In this document: piece after piece, positions 18,981 through 28,009 of the stretch
Layout of the letters: the number at the start of each line of letters is the position of its first letter
Numbering within the stretch: position 1 is the first letter of the stretch
Assembly (NCBI GenBank): GCA_031367385.1
Contig: JANLPS010000515.1
Coordinates: forward strand, 1-28,009
Direction: 5' to 3'
DNA length: 28,009 nucleotides
Origin: Archangium sp.
GTDB lineage: Bacteria; Myxococcota; Myxococcia; Myxococcales; Myxococcaceae
Notes under the pieces: generated by a model
What the model saw: only the letters and a program-made list of their open reading frames with translations
The model's database searches: none
Told to the model about the DNA's origin: nothing
Made by a program: the position numbers and the translations under genes

Positions 18981-20168
18981 TTACTTCGCGATCGACACTG
19001 TCGGCCCGGCATTCGTGACCGTGGCCACGCTCATCTGAAAGAGCTGCGTGAGCAGACTGAAGGCCTTCAGGTTCCACTGGTAGCCCTGTTGCGGTCGAAT
19101 GGCGTAGCGCAGACCGTTCAACGTGACCGAGACACCGGCGCCTTCGGGGAGTCTGGTCGCCCCGACGATGTCGAGTGTCACGACCGGGTTCTCAGAGACC
19201 GTTGGCGTGCGCGAATCGGGAGCCACGTCGACTTCGGGCTCCTCTTGGATGGACCGCCCGATGAACGTGAGCACTTCGTGGAAGCTGCGCAATCTCAAGT
19301 GACCATGAAGCGGGAGATCGCCGCCGACCTGCCCTTCGCGAATGTCGATGAGCACGTCGTTGAACGGCCCGTCTTCAGCCTTCTCGTGCAACCGACGACG
19401 CTCTTCTTCTGACAACGTGGCGGGGTCGTAGTTGCTGATCATCACCCGCCCGTTGACCCGTTTGGTCACCCGATACGTGCGCTGTTTCGGGTCATAGGTC
19501 AGCGAAAAATCTTTATAGGTGGTCTCGAAGCTCTCAGGCGTGACCGCATCCGCGGGCACAATCCAGGTGTGGAGAAAGTGAAGAGGCTCGATGTAGAGGG
19601 AGTGCCTGTCTTGAATGGCAGAGAGGTGAGAGACCAGGCGTCGATAGGTCTGGTAGCCCTCGTTCGCTGAAGGGCGGTTGCGATGCACGCCTTGAAAGCT
19701 GCCGTTCTCTAGATGCACCTCTGCACCCAGCAAGCGCAGCAGCGCATCGACGTCGTAGTTTTGGCGAAGCAACAGGGTCAACTTCTGCTCTTCGAACGGA
19801 GTGAGCAGGCGCTGCGTGAATTCATCGCCCTGCATCGGCGTGATGCTGACCGTCGGGTTCTCTTCAGTGCTGCCTCCGAGCTGCAGTACGGGCAACCAGC
19901 CGAGGTCGCCGGTCACCGCAGGGCCAATGCCTCCACCGAAGGTGAACTTGTAGGTGGCCAGAATGCTGGAGACTCCGGTGAAGTGCATTGGGAGGTTTTG
20001 ATGCGCCCGCGCGATGTTGAGGAGTAACATCTTCGACATCGTCTCGGCGTTCGTCTCGTCGTAGGCGATCACGATATTATCGAGCCGGGTCGTCGTCGCG
20101 CACCCGAGCGCAGCAGCCATCATCAACGTGACAGCGAAAAACCGCATTCGGAGTGGGTCGAGGCGCAT
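18981..20168 (-). CDS. Hypothetical lipoprotein
   Basis: Lipobox AALGC; MLLLNIARA...PMHF, ENPTVSITPMQG. Start could be 20147. Confidence 0.75.
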   Translation of the reverse strand: MRLDPLRMRFFAVTLMMAAALGCATTTRLDNIVIAYDETNAETMSKMLLLNIARAHQNLPMHFTGVSSILATYKFTFGGGIGPAVTGDLGWLPVLQLGGSTEENPTVSITPMQGDEFTQRLLTPFEEQKLTLLLRQNYDVDALLRLLGAEVHLENGSFQGVHRNRPSANEGYQTYRRLVSHLSAIQDRHSLYIEPLHFLHTWIVPADAVTPESFETTYKDFSLTYDPKQRTYRVTKRVNGRVMISNYDPATLSEEERRRLHEKAEDGPFNDVLIDIREGQVGGDLPLHGHLRLRSFHEVLTFIGRSIQEEPEVDVAPDSRTPTVSENPVVTLDIVGATRLPEGAGVSVTLNGLRYAIRPQQGYQWNLKAFSLLTQLFQMSVATVTNAGPTVSIAK

Positions 20169-20234
20169 CGGGTGCCGAAGCATACCGGCTGCGTGTCTTG
20201 GCGACGAGGAGAACCCCGCCCCGAACCGTGCGAC

Positions 20235-21263
20235 CTAAAGCGCGTCGTCGACATGAAGCTCGAGCACCACCTGACCCGCCAAGGCATTCGTACGGGCCAT
20301 GATCGGCTCGAGCGAAGTCACTTGATCGATGAAACAGACGCCAGGCCGTTGAGCTGTCGACTGCACCACCTCAGCCATCGCCGCGAGCGCCCAGGCTCCC
20401 GCCATCATGCCGTCGCCGGTGGAAACCCAGCTCGTCGCCTTACCCGAGGCGCCGCTCGCGGTCGCAACGAGCTCGACCGCCGTCGGCACCGAACGAAGCA
20501 GCACCCGCCGCAGCACTGTGAAGTACGCCCGCATCAACCACTGCCCGACCCGCGATGTGAAAGCGAACGCCGGAGTCATCAAGAAGAGCGCGGCGAGCAC
20601 CCCCGGCTTCGGCGCCAGATACGCGTCGACCGAAGGCACTCCCAGGCTCTGCTGAATCATGAATGGCTCGGCCAGCGAGGCCCTGACGGTGGCTCGGTGC
20701 GTAGAACCAAACGCGAGCCGCGGGCCGGCCTCGAGGCCTTGCAGGTCGCTCCTCACGCCGTCAACGAAGCGCACTGCCGCAACGCCGAGGGAGTGCACCA
20801 TCAATGCGACCGTGCCCACGCCTGCGCCACTCAAGGGGCTCGTCGCGACGCCGAAGGTCACTGAGCGTGCGTCGGTCACCCGCGATGCGACCGAACGCGC
20901 CAGCAGGTTGCAGACCCCGGTGAAGATGCCCCCGCCCAAGATGAGGGCACCGGTGGTGCGGTGTTGGTTCGCGCGAAACAACCGCTCGACGCAGGGCGCG
21001 TCACTCGTCGCCTCGATCACCGTCATGCCTCGGTCGAGACACCACGCGAGAACGCGGTCGGGTTCGTGGCTCGTGGCGTCGGTGAGGTCAATCACCAGCT
21101 CGGCCCCCTCCAGTGCCGGGTAAGTGCTCGGGTCAGTCACATCGACGACCAGCTCTGCATGGCGCGAGGCCACTTTGACGTCGAGGCCAGCCACCGTTTT
21201 CAGTGCCGTCACTACCCGCGAGCCCAAGAACCCCGAGCCACCCAACACCACCACTCGTTTCAT
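20235..21263 (-). CDS. NAD(P)-dependent oxidoreductase, saccharopine dehydrogenase-like Rossmann fold
   Basis: VVVLGGSGFLG; GGGIFTGVCNLLA resembling the G.G..PG.SN motif; C-terminal PGV. Confidence 0.82.
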   Translation of the reverse strand: MKRVVVLGGSGFLGSRVVTALKTVAGLDVKVASRHAELVVDVTDPSTYPALEGAELVIDLTDATSHEPDRVLAWCLDRGMTVIEATSDAPCVERLFRANQHRTTGALILGGGIFTGVCNLLARSVASRVTDARSVTFGVATSPLSGAGVGTVALMVHSLGVAAVRFVDGVRSDLQGLEAGPRLAFGSTHRATVRASLAEPFMIQQSLGVPSVDAYLAPKPGVLAALFLMTPAFAFTSRVGQWLMRAYFTVLRRVLLRSVPTAVELVATASGASGKATSWVSTGDGMMAGAWALAAMAEVVQSTAQRPGVCFIDQVTSLEPIMARTNALAGQVVLELHVDDAL

Positions 21264-21305
21264 TTGATGTGTTCTCCTCGAGCCAAAGATACGAACCGGG
21301 GCTCC

Positions 21306-21956
21306 ATGCGCACCACTCGCGTTCTCAAGTCGACCACCGCACCGTTGCCTCAGCGTCTCAAACCGCGGAAATCACCGGCACAATCGCGGTCGCGGGCCTT
21401 GGTCGAGGCGATCGTCGAGGCGGGGTCTCGCGTTCTCGAACGCCGTGGGTGGGCTGGCCTGACGATGCAGCAGGTCGCGAGCCTGGCGGGCGTCAGCCCT
21501 GGTTCGCTGTACCAGTACTTTCCTGACAAGGGGTCACTGGTCGTCGAGATCATCGAGCGGCAATCGACCCGTGAGCTCGAGTTTCAGATGAAGCGCTTTC
21601 GCGAATCACCGCCCGGCGCGAGCCTCGCAGCGTCAATCGACGCGATGGTGAGCGCCACGCTCGCATTTCAACGGGCCGAAGGGGCGCTGATGCGCCAGAC
21701 CCTCCGTGCCATGCCCTTTCTCGGGAGGTACGAGCGGCTGAGCGAGCGGGCGCAGACGGCGACCAGCGGCTTGCGGGCGCTCCTCGAACAGCATCGGAGC
21801 GAGATCAAGCGCGCAGATCTCGACCTCGCGACGCACGTCATTGCCAACGCCATTCACAGCCTCACGCACGACGGTGTTTTGAAGCGGCCCGAGACTCTCG
21901 AAGATGACGTGCTCGCAGCGGAGATCTCACACCTCGCGCTGAGATACTTGACCTAG
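21306..21956 (+). CDS. TetR/AcrR family transcriptional regulator
   Basis: RKSPAQSRSR...AIVEAG...VASLAGVSPGSLYQYFPDK; divergent from the oxidoreductase. Start uncertain. Confidence 0.93.
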   Translation: MRTTRVLKSTTAPLPQRLKPRKSPAQSRSRALVEAIVEAGSRVLERRGWAGLTMQQVASLAGVSPGSLYQYFPDKGSLVVEIIERQSTRELEFQMKRFRESPPGASLAASIDAMVSATLAFQRAEGALMRQTLRAMPFLGRYERLSERAQTATSGLRALLEQHRSEIKRADLDLATHVIANAIHSLTHDGVLKRPETLEDDVLAAEISHLALRYLT

Positions 21957-22090
21957 CGAACGTTCGTCACGCCCTGATGAGCGAAGGTCTGGCGGGTTCG
22001 TCCGCACTGCCGCTCGCGCACAGCCCCTCTGCGCGAGGCGCTTTCGCACCTCACTGACTCACACATCACGCGCTACGTGAAGGGGGCGCG

Positions 22091-22188
22091 GGGGTGTTTC
22101 GGAATGACAACTGCGTTTCGCAATTTCATCATCTCAAGGCGCATCAGGGTCGAAATACGAAACGCAGTTGTCATTTCGAAATGACCCC
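22091..22188. repeat. Long intergenic inverted repeat (about 37-bp imperfect arms, 18-bp perfect core) with nested 16-bp palindrome
   Basis: AATGACAACTGCGTTTCG (22103-22120) pairs with CGAAACGCAGTTGTCATT (22158-22175). GTCATTTCGAAATGAC at 22170-22185. Confidence 0.92.
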
Positions 22189-22324
22189 GCCGCCAGGCGG
22201 CCCATTCAGGAGGTCTGACCGCTTGCGAAAAGGAGCTGGTCGGTTTCTGCGCAGCCCTCGAACCGCCCAGATCCCGCCCGGCCCCCAATGCCTCTGCACT
22301 GCCCAGAACTGAAGACAGCGCCCC

Positions 22325-23548
22325 TCACCGCGGCAAGCACATGCCGAACCCGACCGGCGCACCGCCAATTTGCACGCAGTTCTGCGCCTTGGGCACTTGC
22401 ACACACCCCGAATTGCCCGCGGCGAGATCGCAGTACGCGCGGCAAATACCCGTCTGCCCCAGCACCAACCCCGCGCAATGCAGCGCCCTCGGAGGGTTCG
22501 ACTCGAAGCACGCCGTCGGCTGCGTGCACGCCGCCTCTTCGCCCTTCGCCCCGGTCGCCGCCACGCAGTACGCCGCCGGAGTCGCCGCCGACGAGTCGAA
22601 ATAACAATACGTGCCATTCGCGCACACCGGGTTGCGCACGTCGCAGGAGGGGCGACAGGCCTGCGCCGAGACGCTGCGAATGCATACCTCGCCTCCCGCG
22701 CACTCGACGCCGCCGAGCCCGCCGCACTTGCACCGGCCATCTTCCGGGTCGCAGCTCGAGCCCGACGCACACGATCTGGAGCCTCCATCAGTCTCGACGC
22801 ATTGCTCGCCGCCCTGGCACAACAACGGCGGGCCAAGCGAGCACACTTGAGCCGCGCCGCAGGTCGGGCCCCCAGGGCCTCCGCACTTGCAGCGCCCGTC
22901 GACGGGGTCGCACGTCGCGGGGCTCACGCAGCTCACCCCAGCGCAGGCGGTGCCGACCCGGCACGCCTTGCCATCGCACGCCTCGCCGCTCAGACACAAC
23001 GCGCCAGCGCACTTGCACACCCCATCGCCTGGGTCGCAGCTGTTCGACCCAGTGCAAGTCACGCCCGTGCACGCATCAGCCACGCAGAGCACGCCGCCAT
23101 CATCACTCACCGCGCAGCTCTGGCCCCCGGCGCAGGTCCCCGCTCCGCATCGGCAATGCCCGGTCGTCGCATCGCAGCGCTCATTCACGCCACACGCGAC
23201 CCTCGTACAGTTGCGCGTCGCCACGCAGCTCTTCGCGTTTGGGTTGCACGTCTCGGTGGCCGCGCAGACTTGGCCGCCGGTGCCTCCGCACTTACACACC
23301 CCGTCGTACACGTCAGCGCTCGTGCCCGGAGCGTCACTGCAGTCGACCTGCTTCGTCGGCTCGCAGGTGTTCCCCGCGCCGCAGATGAAGCCCTCGGTGC
23401 AGATGACGCCTCCGCGACCGCCGCATTTGCACACGCCGTCGCCCGGGTCACACGTCAACTGTGCGTCGCACCGAACGTTGTTCGCGGTGCACAGGTTCTT
23501 CGCCCCGCCGCACGCCGCCAACGCGAGCACTGCCCCGAGCCATCTCAT
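22325..23548 (-). CDS. Cys-rich repeat lipoprotein
   Basis: ATG 23548 overlaps the upstream TGA; lipobox LAAC; six CDPxDGxCKCGG-like repeats. Confidence 0.85.
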   Translation of the reverse strand: MRWLGAVLALAACGGAKNLCTANNVRCDAQLTCDPGDGVCKCGGRGGVICTEGFICGAGNTCEPTKQVDCSDAPGTSADVYDGVCKCGGTGGQVCAATETCNPNAKSCVATRNCTRVACGVNERCDATTGHCRCGAGTCAGGQSCAVSDDGGVLCVADACTGVTCTGSNSCDPGDGVCKCAGALCLSGEACDGKACRVGTACAGVSCVSPATCDPVDGRCKCGGPGGPTCGAAQVCSLGPPLLCQGGEQCVETDGGSRSCASGSSCDPEDGRCKCGGLGGVECAGGEVCIRSVSAQACRPSCDVRNPVCANGTYCYFDSSAATPAAYCVAATGAKGEEAACTQPTACFESNPPRALHCAGLVLGQTGICRAYCDLAAGNSGCVQVPKAQNCVQIGGAPVGFGMCLPR

Positions 23549-26181
23549 CGTCGACGCCTCAGACTCAGCAGCAGCGCCGCCGCCGCCAGCCACCCGCTGC
23601 CATCAGCCACCGTGCACCCACTCGGAGCCTTCGAAAAATCAGGCTGTAACCGAATCGAAAGCCCCCGCGTGTCTTCGCGCCCGGCCGCGTCGGAGACCTT
23701 CACCAAGAATGCATAGCTGCCCGTCGTGCTCATCGGCCGCCCGGAGATCGTGCCGTCGTCGGCGAGCGTCAACCCCTCGGGCAACTTCTGATTCGCGTCA
23801 ACGGGCGCACAAGTCTGCGGCTCATTGGGCCTGGTCGCCTGCTCAATGCAGGCAGTTGAAAACGTCACAACCGCAAGGCGATCGCCAGAGTGCGAGAGCT
23901 TCACCAGATACGGCTGATTGACGAACGCATCGGGCAACACCGAGGTCGTGATCGCCAGCGCCTCGGCATACGTCACCAGAAACAGCAGGGTCACCGAGTC
24001 GGTCGTGCCACCCGTGTCAGTCACGTTGAACGTCATCGAATACAACCCCGCAAGCCCCGGAGTCCCGCGCAAGAAGCTCCCCGCGCCGCCGCCGTTCTCG
24101 ATCGACAGCCCAAACTTCGGAGGAAACCCCGCCAGCACCGGCCCGCGAACCTGCGTGGGGTTCTCAGGCAGCTGCTGAAACCGAACCAACGACCATTGGT
24201 ATGGTGCTTTGCCGCCCACGGCGCTCAATTCTTGAACGAAATCACGGTTCAACACGGCAGTTGGCAGCGCGTTGGTCGCGATCGAGAGGCTCGAAGGGTT
24301 GACCACCTGAATCATCAACGCCCGAGTCGCCGAATTGCCCGCAGAATCTCGAACGGTCACCGCCAAGACATGCGAACCCGCAGAATCGGCCGCCCGCCCC
24401 TCGAGCGCCCCGTTCGAGGCGAGCGCCAACCCTGCCGGAGCCGACTCAACCGACCACGCGTAGGGAGCCCGGCCACCGACCGCCACCAGCGACGCCCGGT
24501 AGGGCCTGCCAAACTGCGCCGACGGCAACACCTGGTCGACGATCGTGATCGGCAACGTGCCATTGGCGACCGCGAGCGTCAGATGTTGCGTCGCAGTGGC
24601 CCCAGCACTCGTCACCGTCACGTCGAATGCGAAGCTCCCGGGGCTCGCGGCGATGCCAGCCAAGCTCCCCTCGCTCGACAGCTGCAAACCCGCGGGCAAC
24701 ACGCCAGCCGACAGGGCCCAGGTGTATGCGCCGTCGCCACCCGTCGCCTCCAACTGCGCGCCGTACGTGCCGAATTGGTTCGCCGACTCGAGCGTCGTGG
24801 TCAGCACCGCGACGGCCCCGGTCGAGACCACCGTCACCTGCACGGGCGTGAAGCAGTTGTTCAAATAGGAGATCTCAGGCACTCCAAAACCGGCGCTCGA
24901 GCTCGCGGCGTCGTAGTTCACGCACAGCCCGAGCCAATACTGCCCAGGCTTCGCGTCAGCAGGCAGCGGCACCACGTCAGTCGCGGTGTCATTCTGTTGC
25001 GCCGCGAGTGAAGTCACCGTGCCAACACCCAGCGCACGATCAGAGACGCTCACGGCCGCGTTGTCAGACAAGAACCACGAGTACGAAAACGAGCCGACCG
25101 CCGCGTTGCCCGCGTTTCTCAAGCTGCGGCTGAGCGACAACATCTCTCCTGGCCGAGCAGCGCCCGGCGGCACGAAGGCGGCGACCAGCAAGTCACCTCT
25201 CGGCGCCCCCACCGTCATCGCGGCGGGCAACCCGACGTTGTTACTCTCATCGGTCTCGACGATCGCATTCGCTGGGTCAGCCTCGGCGAAGACGAAATAG
25301 CTGCCGGGCACGGTCCCCACGGGCACGGTCAGCACCGATGACGTCACCGTTTGCTCTGTCAGCGCGTCGAGCGAAGCGATCACCGCATCTCCCAGCGGCG
25401 CATCGGTGGCTGGGCTGAACACCGCGTCGCCCGACAGATAAAACCGCACCGTCACGTTGCTCGACGCGTGCCCGCCAGCATTGCGCACCGTCGCCGATGC
25501 CCGATACGAGACGCCGGCGTACCCGGTGTCATCGACCGACGTGCGACTCACCCGCAGATCACCCGGCGTGTAGAAATCAATCGACCGATTCGCGAGCGAG
25601 ACCCAATCAACGCCCGCGCAGGCCGGAGTGCACGTCGCCCCAACGACCCCGATGCCTGCTTGTCGTTGAATGCCCACCGATGCCGAATTCGAATTCAAGG
25701 GCGGCGTCGGCCCATAGACGAATCGAATTTGCCCAGTCGACTCGAACAGCTGCACTTGAAACGTGCCTTTGCTGGTCGACCACTCGAACGCGATGTTCCG
25801 CAACGGAGCGACGCCGCTCAGCAGGTACCGGTACGTGCCTCCCTCCGCGAGCTCGTCCCACCAGGGGGCGATGAAGGTCGGCGGCACCGAGCCAATCACC
25901 ACCTGGGGAATCTCGGTGTTCGTCGATTCACCGGCGCTGCCGTCAGCGATGGTCAGATACCCGTAGATGCTCACGCCGACCGAGGTGACCGGCTGACCGA
26001 AGAATGAAAACGTGAACGGCAGCACGACGGTTGCGCCAGAAAACGAGAGCACCATCAGCTTGGTCGCGGTCGTCGGCAGCGGCGCGTACACCACCGGCTT
26101 GGGCCCATCGACGAGATACCCTTGCCCGAAGGCGCTCGTGGTCGTGCCAAGCGCGAGCACCAGCGCGGCGAAGCGAATCAC
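23545..26181 (-). CDS. Cell-surface protein with CARDB domains, putative Ig repeats and MYXO-CTERM
   Basis: Signal peptide; ADPANAIVETDESNN (CARDB); repeated A.GG..PY.W...G.LP.GL.L...G (putative Ig); GC...WLAAAALLLSLRRRR. GTG 26181 overlaps the upstream TGA (alternative start 26190). Confidence 0.88.
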   Translation of the reverse strand: MIRFAALVLALGTTTSAFGQGYLVDGPKPVVYAPLPTTATKLMVLSFSGATVVLPFTFSFFGQPVTSVGVSIYGYLTIADGSAGESTNTEIPQVVIGSVPPTFIAPWWDELAEGGTYRYLLSGVAPLRNIAFEWSTSKGTFQVQLFESTGQIRFVYGPTPPLNSNSASVGIQRQAGIGVVGATCTPACAGVDWVSLANRSIDFYTPGDLRVSRTSVDDTGYAGVSYRASATVRNAGGHASSNVTVRFYLSGDAVFSPATDAPLGDAVIASLDALTEQTVTSSVLTVPVGTVPGSYFVFAEADPANAIVETDESNNVGLPAAMTVGAPRGDLLVAAFVPPGAARPGEMLSLSRSLRNAGNAAVGSFSYSWFLSDNAAVSVSDRALGVGTVTSLAAQQNDTATDVVPLPADAKPGQYWLGLCVNYDAASSSAGFGVPEISYLNNCFTPVQVTVVSTGAVAVLTTTLESANQFGTYGAQLEATGGDGAYTWALSAGVLPAGLQLSSEGSLAGIAASPGSFAFDVTVTSAGATATQHLTLAVANGTLPITIVDQVLPSAQFGRPYRASLVAVGGRAPYAWSVESAPAGLALASNGALEGRAADSAGSHVLAVTVRDSAGNSATRALMIQVVNPSSLSIATNALPTAVLNRDFVQELSAVGGKAPYQWSLVRFQQLPENPTQVRGPVLAGFPPKFGLSIENGGGAGSFLRGTPGLAGLYSMTFNVTDTGGTTDSVTLLFLVTYAEALAITTSVLPDAFVNQPYLVKLSHSGDRLAVVTFSTACIEQATRPNEPQTCAPVDANQKLPEGLTLADDGTISGRPMSTTGSYAFLVKVSDAAGREDTRGLSIRLQPDFSKAPSGCTVADGSGWLAAAALLLSLRRRR

Positions 26182-28009
26182 GGGTTGCACACCACGTGGT
26201 ACTTCACGTTCATCACCCGGCCCGGCTCAGGCAGATAGAGCGGCTCGAACTTCACCGCGTTCGAGACCGAGTCGTACGACCAGACCGTCGCGCCGTTGGT
26301 GTCGACCTCCGGCAAAGGCACGCCATCGATCGTCACGACAATCGCCGGAGGCGCCGCGCTCAGATCAGGGGTCGAGGTCAGAAAGAAATTCGTTCGATAG
26401 CCGAAGGCGTTCTTGCCGACGTTCTGAAGCGCCTGGCTCCAATCAGAGCTGCAGATCTCCTCTTTGATGCCGCCCGTCGACGCAACCATGAACGAATGCG
26501 TACCGTCGTCACCCGTGCTGGCCGTGTCGTCGTACCCACACTCACCCGCGGGCGCTGACGGCAAAAAGGGGCCGATCACGTTGTACGAGAACTGCCCCGG
26601 CCGCTGAGCCCCTTTGATGTTCAGCAGTTGATTCAAATAATACGGAGGTGCATGCGGTGCGTTGTCGACCGCGTCGGTCAGGCACACCACCGCCAACACC
26701 GCGTCGTCTCGCAAAAACCCCCCGTTCGCGTTCACATCATTCACCAGCGGAGCCGTCAGTGCCCGAGTCGCTGGCTCCATGCACGACTCGGTACCACTGC
26801 CACCAATACCCACATTCACGAAGCTCGCGAACGCTGTCGGCAATTGGTCAGTTGCTGGCGTGATGACCCGGTTGACCTTCGGCGAAATGGCGTTGCCCAC
26901 ACTTGGCGGCCCAGAGCGAAAATACCCGTCATACGTCGACGTGAAATCGGTCGTCACCAGGGCGATGCGAAAGTCGACGTTGTGCACCGAGGCGTACGAA
27001 ATGAACGAATTCAGGTTCTGCCCGAGCGCCCGCTGCTTGTCAGCCATCGAGCACGAGTCGTCGACCACCAGTAAAATATCGGCCTTCGGCTGCAGTGACT
27101 GCTGAAACACGTCGACGTTTTGGCCAGTGGCATCGCCAACACCCTTGAGCGTCACCACGTAGTCGACGACTTGCCCTGACTGCACGACCTTGACCAGAAA
27201 CCCACCGGTATCAGCGCCACTGTCGAGAGGCCGGTACTTCAGCTGAAACGTCTTGGGCGCATCGCCTTGATTCAAGTTGCCGTTCAGCGCCCCCGTGCTC
27301 ACCGCGATGAACTCGGGGCACGGCACGCTGCCAGGGCAATTCGCCGAGCCCGCTTCGACACCTGCCGGCGCGATCATCGTCGAGCTCTGAATCGAAATCG
27401 GGGCCAGGCAGGTATTGTAGATTTGAAAAGTGCGCGCAGATGAGTTGCAGCTCACCTGCACCGTACCGAAGTCGAGCGCTCTCGGAGCGATCACCAGGCA
27501 GCTGGGCGCCAACGTCGCGGTCAACGCCACCGACTGCCGAGGCATCGACGGGCTCGCCACGTTGAACGACACCGCCCCCGTCACCGTCGTCGGAGTCGGC
27601 GGCAACACCCCATCAGGCGTCGCCCGAACCAGAACCGAAATCGTCTCGAGCGGGGTCAAGATGCGTTGATTCACCGCTCCCGCTGGCAGCGAGAAGAGCG
27701 GGTCAGAACCTGAGGCCAGATCGATGTTCGTCACCAAGCACGTCTCGGTCGGCGAGAGGTTCTTGATCGTGAACCCGAGGTCCTTTTCGTTGGGCGGCGT
27801 CACCACTCCGAAGTTCACGTTGGTTGGCGTTACCCGCAGCACGCACGCGGGTACCACCACCGGGTCAGCCGTGATTGCAATCGTCACCGCCGGTTGATCA
27901 GGGTCGTTCGAGAACAGCGTGAGCTCCCACGCCTTCGGGTCGACCGAATTCGGAGTCACCTGAACAGGAATGTCGAGCAGCGCGCTCGAGCCCGAGGCGT
28001 CGAGGCCGA
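26178..28009 (-). CDS. Large Ig-like (choice-of-anchor D/ASH-type) repeat protein with C-terminal VWA domain; 5'-truncated by the window
   Basis: Frame open to the window end; SNDPDQP, P..(V/L)(N/D)FG.V repeats; MIDAS motif DILLVVDDSCSM, GSGTE, LTD. Confidence 0.87.
   Translation of the reverse strand, partial: GLDASGSSALLDIPVQVTPNSVDPKAWELTLFSNDPDQPAVTIAITADPVVVPACVLRVTPTNVNFGVVTPPNEKDLGFTIKNLSPTETCLVTNIDLASGSDPLFSLPAGAVNQRILTPLETISVLVRATPDGVLPPTPTTVTGAVSFNVASPSMPRQSVALTATLAPSCLVIAPRALDFGTVQVSCNSSARTFQIYNTCLAPISIQSSTMIAPAGVEAGSANCPGSVPCPEFIAVSTGALNGNLNQGDAPKTFQLKYRPLDSGADTGGFLVKVVQSGQVVDYVVTLKGVGDATGQNVDVFQQSLQPKADILLVVDDSCSMADKQRALGQNLNSFISYASVHNVDFRIALVTTDFTSTYDGYFRSGPPSVGNAISPKVNRVITPATDQLPTAFASFVNVGIGGSGTESCMEPATRALTAPLVNDVNANGGFLRDDAVLAVVCLTDAVDNAPHAPPYYLNQLLNIKGAQRPGQFSYNVIGPFLPSAPAGECGYDDTASTGDDGTHSFMVASTGGIKEEICSSDWSQALQNVGKNAFGYRTNFFLTSTPDLSAAPPAIVVTIDGVPLPEVDTNGATVWSYDSVSNAVKFEPLYLPEPGRVMNVKYHVVCNP

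Noticed and set aside
21264..21325. TetR operator in the divergent promoter
   Set aside because: Only weak, mismatched dyads (e.g. ATGCG...CGCGT) are visible; not enough to call.
21974..22050. Hammerhead ribozyme (CTGATGA followed by a stem)
   Set aside because: The stem is followed by ACC, not the required GAAA, and stems I/III are not evident.

Overview
High-GC window, very likely from a myxobacterium (Myxococcota; inferred from MYXO-CTERM tails, Cys-rich surface proteins and a ZAS-kinase-TPR protein). Left: a minus-strand cluster of small secreted protein, metzincin/Cys-rich surface protein, PilB/GspE ATPase, degenerate signal peptidase I-like protein and a gene whose 5' end is a 15-bp tandem repeat. 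A 3.1-kb segment encoding a Ser/Thr kinase-TPR protein lies between two 62-bp direct copies of the 3' end of a hemD-like gene, with no integrase nearby. Middle: trxA, mgtE, glyA-nrdR-ribD and an acyl-CoA dehydrogenase. Then an accessory block: Cys-rich lipoprotein plus an apparently frameshifted zinc phospholipase C-like gene, beta-barrel protein, lipoprotein, oxidoreductase/TetR pair and a long intergenic inverted repeat. Right: a coupled three-gene surface operon (Ig-like/VWA, CARDB/Ig/MYXO-CTERM, Cys-repeat lipoprotein), truncated at the window edge. No rRNA, tRNA, CRISPR or transposase recognised. All family calls come from motif recognition by eye, not database searches.
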